Origin: Planctomycetota bacterium
GTDB lineage: Bacteria; Planctomycetota; Planctomycetia; Pirellulales; UBA1268
Reading direction: 5' to 3'
Assembly: GCA_018970605.1 (NCBI GenBank)
Contig: JAGWWA010000001.1
Span: forward strand, 57,742-121,741
Length of the DNA: 64,000 bases
The stretch's first letter is position 1; each line of letters begins with the position of its first letter. Shown here in pieces: positions 17,911-25,800 of this stretch. The position numbers and the translations under genes are program-made. The notes beneath the pieces were generated by a model that had not been told where the DNA came from, ran no database searches, and saw only the letters and a program-made list of their open reading frames with translations.

Positions 17911-19685
17911 TCCTTTTCCGCGGCGTAGACCTTGATCTCCACGCGTCGATTGAGCGCGTGGTTGTCGGGATGGTCGTCGTCGGCCGGCCGATCCCAGCCG
18001 AGGCCGTCCACGGCAAACCGGTTGTCGTCGAAATCGAACTTGTCCACGAGGGCGTCCTTCACCGCCCGGGCCCGCTCGAGCGAGAGCTCCTTCACCATCG
18101 CGGCCGGCACCGCGCCCCGCATCGACGAGTCGGTGTGCCCCTCCACCACGATCCGGGCGTTGCCGAACTGCTTGGCGAGCGCCCCTGCCTCATCGAGCAC
18201 GAGATCAACCCGGGCGTCGTACGGCTCCTCCACATCCTTGCCTTCGATCCGCCGCGTCACCTTCTTCCGCAGTTCGGCGCTGTTGGGGAAAAAGTGGATC
18301 ACGATCGTGTTGGTGAGGATCTCCTCGTTTTCGGCGCGGATCTGCTGCACCGTCTTGGGCGGGAGCGACAGGGCATACTCGTCCTTCGTCTCGGCGTACT
18401 TCGGCTCCTTGCCGAGCTTCTGGATCACCGAGAAATCCATCACCTGGTCGAACGGCACCGGGTTGTTGGAAATCACCCCGATCCGCCGGTAGAGCATGTA
18501 GGCCTGCTTCCAGATCCGCTCGAAGTTCGCCGGGTTGTTGCGATTCAGGAAGAACTGGTAGTTCTCCGCCCAGTTGGTGCTGTGGGCGTCGCCCAGCATC
18601 GAGAGCGCGTCGGCGGCGGGGATCGTGTAACCGTCGGCCATCAGCTGGGCCACCTCCTGGCGGGCGGTCTCCGACTTGAGTTCGCCCATCGCGTCGAAGA
18701 TGCCCCGCGCGATCGCCTCGATCTTGTCGGGGTGGTCCTTGGCGAAGTCGGCGCGGGCGAACCAGATGTCGGCGATCAGCCGATTGGCGGTCTGGGTGGT
18801 GACCAGCATCCGGTTGCCCTTCGCGTCGGCGAGGTTGTAGATGTCGGGCGCCCACGACACACAGCCGGCGATGCTCTTGTCGCGGTTGAACGCGGCCGCA
18901 GCCTCGAAGGCGGTGCTCGTGAACACCATCTCCACGTCCTGCGGCTGCAGGCCGCCGGCGACGAGCATGTTGAGGGCGAAGAACTGGCTCGGCGAGTTCT
19001 GGGCGAGCACGAGCTTCTTGCCGGCAAGATCCCTCACGGTCTTGACCGTGTCGCGGACGACGATGCCGTCGCCGCCGTTGGAGAAGTCCACCTGCTGGTA
19101 GACCCGGGGCATGATCCGCGAGTCCTTGGCGAAGCTGTCCACGAACAGCGGGAGCATGTCGAGCGTGGCCCAGCCGATGTGCACCTCGCCGGCGGCGTAG
19201 GCGTCGCGCATCTGCACGGGGTCATCGATCAGCACCAGCTCCACCTTGAAGGGCTTGCCCCCCGGTGCCTGCCAGAGCTTGCCGGCCTTGAAGCCATTGT
19301 TGGCCCGGATGATCGGCGCCCAGCCCGCCCACACGTTGAGCGCAAACTTCACCGTCTCATCCTCGAGCGGCTTGTAGCCGCTCACGCCCTTCACGGGCGG
19401 CAGTTTTTCAGCCGGCTTGAAGGTGTATTCCTTGACGGTCGTGGGCACCGACACGTCCGGCGCCTCCGTCATCCCTTCGGCACCGCCGGATCCTTCGGCT
19501 CCACCTCCCGTGCCAGCACCTGCCGGACCGCCGCCCCCGGCTGCCATGGGCCGCTGACCTGCGGCGCCCGGGCGACCGAGGCCAAACTGCTCGAGCATGC
19601 CGGACCGCCAGGCCGCAAGGCCGACGAGACCGAAGATCACGGCCCACACCGCGAGCCAGAAAGGAGCCTTGGGTTGACTGGACAT
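17907..19685 (-). CDS. ABC substrate-binding protein (NMT1/THI5-like) with an N-terminal membrane anchor and a C-terminal OmpA-like peptidoglycan-binding domain
   Basis: N-terminal TM FWLAVWAVIFGLVGLAAW followed by a Gly-rich linker. SBP core FALNVWAGWAPIIRANNGF ... LVLAQNSPSQFFAL. C-terminus IVVEGHTDSS ... LSLERARAVKDAL ... GLGWDRP ... NRRVEIKV is an OmpA_C/MotB motif set. Confidence 0.8.
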   Translation of the reverse strand: MSSQPKAPFWLAVWAVIFGLVGLAAWRSGMLEQFGLGRPGAAGQRPMAAGGGGPAGAGTGGGAEGSGGAEGMTEAPDVSVPTTVKEYTFKPAEKLPPVKGVSGYKPLEDETVKFALNVWAGWAPIIRANNGFKAGKLWQAPGGKPFKVELVLIDDPVQMRDAYAAGEVHIGWATLDMLPLFVDSFAKDSRIMPRVYQQVDFSNGGDGIVVRDTVKTVRDLAGKKLVLAQNSPSQFFALNMLVAGGLQPQDVEMVFTSTAFEAAAAFNRDKSIAGCVSWAPDIYNLADAKGNRMLVTTQTANRLIADIWFARADFAKDHPDKIEAIARGIFDAMGELKSETARQEVAQLMADGYTIPAADALSMLGDAHSTNWAENYQFFLNRNNPANFERIWKQAYMLYRRIGVISNNPVPFDQVMDFSVIQKLGKEPKYAETKDEYALSLPPKTVQQIRAENEEILTNTIVIHFFPNSAELRKKVTRRIEGKDVEEPYDARVDLVLDEAGALAKQFGNARIVVEGHTDSSMRGAVPAAMVKELSLERARAVKDALVDKFDFDDNRFAVDGLGWDRPADDDHPDNHALNRRVEIKVYAAEKE

Positions 19686-19736
19686 GCTGCGCCTCTCGGG
19701 AACCAGGGTTGGGAATCATCCGCCTGCGGCCGATTG

Positions 19737-20030
19737 TCAGCCGCGGAACTTCGTCTTCGCGCGGGCATGACCCGCCATGTGCAGTGCCTGCATGAGGTCG
19801 TAGGACGTCACCTCGCAGAGCAGCCGAGTCACCTTCTCATGGGCCTCGGGCGAGAGGAGCGGCTCGACCTCCTTCATCAGCGCCACCACCCGCTTCTCCT
19901 GCTCGTCGAGTTCGCGGGTCTCGATCCGGGCGTCAGCCACCGCGTCGAGGAAGGAGTCGAGCTTGCGGGCATACTCAGCGATCAAGGGCGTGTCGGTCGA
20001 GTCGTCGAACCAGGGGGTCTTGGCTGCCAT
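19737..20030 (-). CDS. hypothetical small acidic helical protein (97 aa)
   Basis: GAGGAG lies 8 nt upstream of the ATG. Codon usage looks coding. No family recognised. Confidence 0.6.
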   Translation of the reverse strand: MAAKTPWFDDSTDTPLIAEYARKLDSFLDAVADARIETRELDEQEKRVVALMKEVEPLLSPEAHEKVTRLLCEVTSYDLMQALHMAGHARAKTKFRG

Positions 20031-20088
20031 GAAATCTGCTCCTCGGGTATGCGTGGTCTTCGATCCAGTGTTTTCAAAAAAGCGTGCG

Positions 20089-21957
20089 TCAGGAACCGAT
20101 CACCTCGCGGATGGCCGCGAGCCGCTCCTGCAGGTGGGACCGACCGCCCGGCTGGCCCACCTTCTCCTTCCAGCGTTCGGGGAGGAATCGCTTCTCGGTG
20201 CATTCGAGCACCGCCGCGATCTCCTGCATCTCCTTCTCGAGCCCCTGGGCGCTCGGCATGAAATCGTCGAGGGCCGCCTTCAGGTCTGCGGCGGAGATGG
20301 TGTCGGGCGTCGGCAACCCGGCATCGGCAGCCCGCTCCAGGCCTTTCCTGCGGGCGGCCAGCACGACGCTCTCGATGTCGGCGCCGGAGAGACCGAGGTC
20401 GAGATCGATCGGCCCGGGCAGGCCTGCAGCGAGCTTGACGTGCGACTTCCTTGCCATCGCCGCGAACATCGCGTCCATCTCGGCCTGGTCGTGCGGATAG
20501 AAGAGGGGAATGTGCACCTCGGCGCGGCCCTGCCGCTTGAGGTCGATCGGCAGCAGGTCGGGGCGGCTCGTGAGCAGCATCCAGACGATCTTGCCGCGAT
20601 ACCTGGTGTCGCCCATCTGGCGGGCGATCATCGAAAACACCCGGGCGCTCGTGCCGGAGTCTCCGTCGCTCTGGCGGTTGCCGAGCGCGGCGTCGGCCTC
20701 GTCGATCACGACCACGACCGGCCCAAGACTGCGGAGCACGCCCAGGGCATGCTCGAGGTTGCCCTCCGTCTCTCCCACGTACTTGCTGCGGAAGTTCTTC
20801 AGCACCACGCAGGGAATCCCCACGCTGCCCGCGTAGCATTCGGCGATGAAGCTCTTGCCCGTGCCCACCGGTCCGCAGATCAGGTAGCCCATCGGGGCGC
20901 TCTCGAACTGCCCTCGCTTGATCGCCCGGGCGTCGGCCTGGAGTCGCTGCTTGGCATCCACGTGCCCCGCCACGGCGTCGAGCGTGAGCCGCGGTTGGAT
21001 GAACTCGATCAGCCCATGGCACGACCGCTCGATGAGGTCCTTCTTCCGGGCAGCGAACTCGGGCCCGTTGGGATCACTGCCCTCGCGGGCGGACAGGGTG
21101 ATCACGGCACGGAGGCTCTCGAGCGTCAGTCCGCCCGAGACGGCGGCCACCTGCTTCACGCCCTCCATCTGCTCAGGCTTCACGCCCGCGGCCGCCGCTG
21201 TGGCCAGGGCAAACCGCTCACGATCGCCCGCGTCGGGCATCGGCACCTCGATCGCGGTGATCGCGGGATTCTGCACGAGCCGAGGATGCACCTCCGAGAT
21301 CGTGTCGGCGAGCAGCACCACCGCCACGTTCACGCGACGCAGCAGCGGGTTGGTCGCCCAGCCGAGCACCCGCACAAGCCGGCTGGCGGCACTTCGCGAT
21401 CCGGCCTCGCCATCGGGCACCAGATACTGGGCGTAGTCGAGCACGACCGCAATCCGCTTCCGTTGCTCGGGCGGGTCGATCAGGTTGCGTTCCAGGATCG
21501 CATCGATGGCGGCCACGGCCTGATCGGGGTCGCGGGGCCAGGTGGCGGCGTTGCCGATCCGCTCGGTAAGCCACTGGGCCATCGTCCGCAGACGGTTCGG
21601 GTCGGGGCCGGCGAGCGGCCTCAGCCCCTTGCCGACGTCATAGGCCAGCACGATGTCCCAGCGGCCGAACATTTCCCGGGCCAGAAAATCGGAAACCGTC
21701 CCCCAGGCAGCCGCATCGGCTGCCTGACCGTTCGCATTCGGCGCCGCGACCGGCACGAGGTCGCGGACGTTGCCGTGCATCAAGAAGACGCAGCTCGTTC
21801 CGGAGAGATACGAGTCGCCGAGCCGCTCGGCCCATGCCGGACACCAGTCGGGCAGCGATCGCGAGCCGCCCGACGCGGCCGACGTACCGAGCGACGTCGA
21901 TGCCTCGGCCACCGGCGGGCGCGGTGATGAATCAGTGGGCGTGGCAGGGCTGGTCAC
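20089..21957 (-). CDS. AAA+ ATPase, classic clade (spastin/Vps4/Cdc48-like active C-terminal module) with a degenerate N-terminal AAA-like half
   Basis: Walker A GPVGTGKS, SKYVGETEGNLEHAL, Walker B VVVIDEAD, SRH-like LLTSRPDLLPIDLKRQGRAEVHIPLFYP. The N-terminal half lacks a P-loop (VFLMHGNVRD, VVLDYAQYL). GTG start with GGGAG 6 nt upstream. Confidence 0.85.
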   Translation of the reverse strand: MTSPATPTDSSPRPPVAEASTSLGTSAASGGSRSLPDWCPAWAERLGDSYLSGTSCVFLMHGNVRDLVPVAAPNANGQAADAAAWGTVSDFLAREMFGRWDIVLAYDVGKGLRPLAGPDPNRLRTMAQWLTERIGNAATWPRDPDQAVAAIDAILERNLIDPPEQRKRIAVVLDYAQYLVPDGEAGSRSAASRLVRVLGWATNPLLRRVNVAVVLLADTISEVHPRLVQNPAITAIEVPMPDAGDRERFALATAAAAGVKPEQMEGVKQVAAVSGGLTLESLRAVITLSAREGSDPNGPEFAARKKDLIERSCHGLIEFIQPRLTLDAVAGHVDAKQRLQADARAIKRGQFESAPMGYLICGPVGTGKSFIAECYAGSVGIPCVVLKNFRSKYVGETEGNLEHALGVLRSLGPVVVVIDEADAALGNRQSDGDSGTSARVFSMIARQMGDTRYRGKIVWMLLTSRPDLLPIDLKRQGRAEVHIPLFYPHDQAEMDAMFAAMARKSHVKLAAGLPGPIDLDLGLSGADIESVVLAARRKGLERAADAGLPTPDTISAADLKAALDDFMPSAQGLEKEMQEIAAVLECTEKRFLPERWKEKVGQPGGRSHLQERLAAIREVIGS

Positions 21958-21984
21958 GGTCGGCTCCCGGGGTGCGCCGGCAGA

Positions 21985-22734
21985 TCAGGTGGTCTTCTGC
22001 GTCGCCCGCTCGGAGCCGAGTTCCTTGTCGTCGGCCTTCACGCCGGCGGTTTCGGGCGTGACCATGCCCATCGAGATTTCAAACTCGCGAAGCGCGTTGT
22101 CGGCCATCGCCTTCTCGACCGCCTCTTCCTGCTTGATCTGCTCGAGCCCCTCGCCGGACAGGTCGGCCGCGACGCGGACCTTGGCTCGATTGAGGCCGAT
22201 CTTGTCTTGGATCACGTCCTCGATCTGGCCGAAGTCGGTGGTGATGTCGAAGTTGAAGCTGGTGGCGAGCTTGGCGAGTTCCGCCTCCGCCCGCGAAAGC
22301 TTCAGTTCGGCGTCGTACTTCTGGATCTTCTGCTTGAGGTCCGCCAGTTTCTTGGTGGCATGCTGGATCTTGGTGACATTGTTGGTGTAGGCGGTCTCGT
22401 GGAGTTTGAGTTGGGCCTCGTTCTCGGCAAGCTCCTTCTTCGCCTTTTGAAGCTCGAGGGCGAACTTCGAGGCCGTCTCCCGCTCACCGACCTGAAGGTA
22501 GGCCTTGATGCGGGCCTCGAGCGCCGCCACATGCTGGCGGTCGCCGTTCACCTGCCGGGTCACCCGCTCGACGAGGGCCCGGTACTGCTCGAGACCTTCG
22601 CGTCCCTCCTTCATCTGATCGACGGCCTTGTCGTACTCGTACTGGAGCTGCGCGATCGGGTCGGCCGTCCAGAAGAAGTTGGCGATCTTGTTCATCTGGG
22701 CCGCGAGGGACTTCCAGAGTTTGCCGAGAATCAT
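21985..22734 (-). CDS. PspA/IM30 family protein (ESCRT-III superfamily fold)
   Basis: MILGKLWKSLAAQMNKIANFFWTADPIAQLQYEYDKAVDQMKEGREGLEQYRALVERV is a typical PspA/Vipp1 N-terminal helix followed by long coiled coils. ATG at 22734, 249 aa. Confidence 0.85.
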   Translation of the reverse strand: MILGKLWKSLAAQMNKIANFFWTADPIAQLQYEYDKAVDQMKEGREGLEQYRALVERVTRQVNGDRQHVAALEARIKAYLQVGERETASKFALELQKAKKELAENEAQLKLHETAYTNNVTKIQHATKKLADLKQKIQKYDAELKLSRAEAELAKLATSFNFDITTDFGQIEDVIQDKIGLNRAKVRVAADLSGEGLEQIKQEEAVEKAMADNALREFEISMGMVTPETAGVKADDKELGSERATQKTT

Positions 22735-22773
22735 GGCCTTGAACTCCGCGCAGGGAGGAGAGACGGTTGGGTG

Positions 22774-22797
22774 GGACTCCTGGCCAACCAGGAATCC
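22774..22797. promoter_or_regulatory. imperfect palindrome just downstream of the candidate -10: an operator or a 5'-UTR hairpin
   Basis: ggactcctgg-ccaa-ccaggaatcc, with 9 of 10 arm positions complementary. Confidence 0.35.
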
Positions 22798-22807
22798 CCG
22801 AGGCTTT

Positions 22808-22836
22808 TTGATACCGCTGCCGGGGGACGCCGTCAA
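22808..22836 (-). promoter_or_regulatory. candidate sigma70-type promoter for the PspA-AAA+ cluster
   Basis: On the minus strand it reads TTGACG - 17 nt - TATCAA. The -35 element overlaps the stop codon of the upstream giant gene. Confidence 0.4.
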
Positions 22837-25800
22837 TCGGCCCGTCGATTCCGACGGCGGCTGATCACGAGGCCCGCCGCCGTCGTCACCAGCGTTCCGA
22901 CCATCAGCTGTGCCGACGGCTCGGGCACGGCGGCCACCTCCTCCCCGAGACCTGGGGGCGCGTTGTACGGCCCCGCATCGAAGAGCCCGGTGGAAAGGAA
23001 GTCGGCCGCGTCGAGGATGTCCACCAGACCGTCGTACCCGAAGTCGCCCTCGATCCAGGAAGCCGGCTGTCCGCTGTCAAACTTTCCTCCGGCGAGGAAG
23101 TTGGCGGCGTCGAGGATGTCGACGTTCCAATCGAGGTTGGTGTCGCCCGCGGCGGCGAAGGCGAAGGTCACCGATCCGTCGCCGTTGTCGAGCCAGCCGA
23201 CGGTTCGCGGAATGCTCTGGGCAATGTCGGTGGCAGCCTGGCTCGACGTGATCCCGCTCGTGCCGCTCCATGAGCCGTCGCCGCGTCCGGCAACCAGCGC
23301 CGTCAGCATGTCGACCGTCGATAGCCCCGCGGACACGGTCATCAGTCCACTGCCGACATCGGTCATGCCACCCGCATTGGGCTTCAGCCCGCCGACCGTC
23401 GTCTGCAGGCCCGCCGCCAACGCGAGCGTGCCGCCGGCGAGGGGCACGATGCTGCTCGAGCCGAGCGCGGAGCCGTTCGCCAGTTGGAGCACGCCACCCC
23501 GCACGGTCGTGCTGCCGCTGAGCGAGTTGGCCGCTGCCAGCACCATCCGGCCGGCGCCGGTCTTGCGGAAGCCGTTGGTGCCTCCGATCCAGCCCGAGAC
23601 GACGAGATCGTCGCTGGCCGTACCATCGGCCACGTCCACGGCGAAGCCGTCGGTGCCGAACCGCACGTCCTGCGCCGTGATCCGCGACGTGGTCGCCCCG
23701 CCGGCGACCGAGAGCGCATTGCCCGATCCCGAGAACACATAACTCCCGTAGGTGGCGCTCGCGGCGCCGCTGGCGAGCGTGCCGCCGGCGAGGGTCACGT
23801 TGGTGGCGTGGGTCGTCACATTGTCGGCGGTCGTAAGAACGCCCCCGGCCTCGATCACGTAGGGCCGGGTACCGTCGGCGTAGCCGTGGAGCGCATTGTC
23901 GGCCGCGACGACGATGGTGCCGCCCGCCGTCGCCCGCACCACGCCCGATGTGCCCGCGACTGTGCCGAACTGCGACTGCGCGACCGCCAGTTCCAGCGTC
24001 CCCGACGCCACCGTCAGGTCGCCGGCAAGATCGCTCGTGCCCGTCAGCCGCAGCGTGCCGGCGGACCGCTTCGTCACCCAGAGCCCGCCGGTGAGACTCC
24101 CTGAGTAGGCATTGCTGCTCCCCGACGGGATCGCCAGTGTCAGCATCGCCGAACCGCTCGTGGAGGTGATGCGGCTGTACGACGTCGCCCCGGTGAGGTT
24201 GTTGGTCACGCCGGCGAGTTGCTGGTCGAATCCATTCAGGTCGAGGATCGCCGTCGTGTTTCCGTTGCCGGTGTCGCCAATCCGCATCGTGGCGCCGATC
24301 GGGATCACGTTGGCCCTCCCCAGCCGCACGGTGCCGGCCGTCAATCGCAGCTCGTCGTAGCTGCTGCCGGAACCCGACAGCACGACGATGCCGTCGCGCA
24401 CCGTCACGAATCGATCGGCGGGGAGCGCCGCCGTGTGCGCGATCGGGCCCGCGATCTCCAGCGTGCCGCCCGAACTGGCGCTGAAGTGACCGCCTGCCTG
24501 CACCGAACCGCTGATCGTGATCGGCCCGGTCACCGTGGCCGTGCCGCTCGAAATCGCCGCCTGCACGGCCCCGACGCCAACCGCACCACCCCCCCGGATC
24601 GTGATCGGGGTGGCGACCGACACGCCTGCCGCATCCAGCGTGAACTGGTTTCCCGTGCCCTCGTAGATCGTGAGCGACGACGTGGATGGGACGGCCGCCG
24701 AGGTCGTCACCGCCAGTCGGCCGCCGAGCACCGTGATCGGACCGGTGAACGAGTTGGAGGCGGACAACGTCAGCTTCGCAGACCCGGCCTTCGTGAGCGA
24801 TACGGCCGCCGACCCGTTGTCGCCGATGCCGGCGGCGATCGTCAGGCCGCCGGAGTTCGCCTGGTTCACGAGCAGTTCGGCCGCCTTCGTACCATCGCCG
24901 GCGGTGAGGCCCACCACGTCGGTGAATCCGCTGATCGTCACCGCCGCCGCCGTGGCCGAGGCGATCGAAAGCAGGCCGCCGCTGCTGAGAGTCAGCTTGC
25001 TGGAGCCAAGATCGAGCGTCTGGCCGGCCGCGTTGGCCGCGATCCGCAGGCTGTTGGTGGTCAGCGGCGCAAGCATCGTCTCGCTCGTGCTCGTCTCCGT
25101 GTTGTTCGTGTCACTGCCGCCGAAGATGTTGAGCAGGCCGTAGCTCAGCGCGTCGAGCCCGGTCAGCCCGCCGGGATTCGTGCCGTCGCCTCCCGAGACC
25201 GCCCAGGTCGTACCCCCTACGGTCAGCCAGGGCCCCACGATTCCATTCGTGTTCGCCGTCGTCGTCGTGACCTGGCCGGACGAGGGCACGGTGAGCGTGG
25301 CGACCGATGGCCCGGTTCGAGTCAGGCCGCCCAGATTGAGCGTCATGCTGCCGGCGGAGCCGCTCGCTGCCACGATCGTCGAGACGCCCGGCAACACGCT
25401 GGTGGTGGCGAAGGTCTGCGTGTTCGACTTGCTCGCGCCCCCCGCCGCCCGCACGCCACCGCCGCCGAGCCGCAGCGCTGCCGTCGGAACCACGATGTCG
25501 TCGTTGACCGCGGATGTCCCGAAATCGAGGGTCACGGTTCCCTGAGACACGGCCACCGCACCAACCGTCGTCAGGTTCGACAGCGCGAGTGTGCCCGACC
25601 CGACCTTCGTGATCGATGCCGCAGTGAGTTGGCCGGCGTACGCGGTCGAACTGCCGCTCCGGCCCACGGAGAGATCGTTCGTGCCGGCGTTGAGGTCGCG
25701 GGATCCCTTGAGCCCGCCGAGCACATAGGCCCCGGTTCCGGTGGCCGTGAACCCGAGACCGCCGGTGTCGCCGGCGGCGAGATTCACCACCGAGTTTTGC

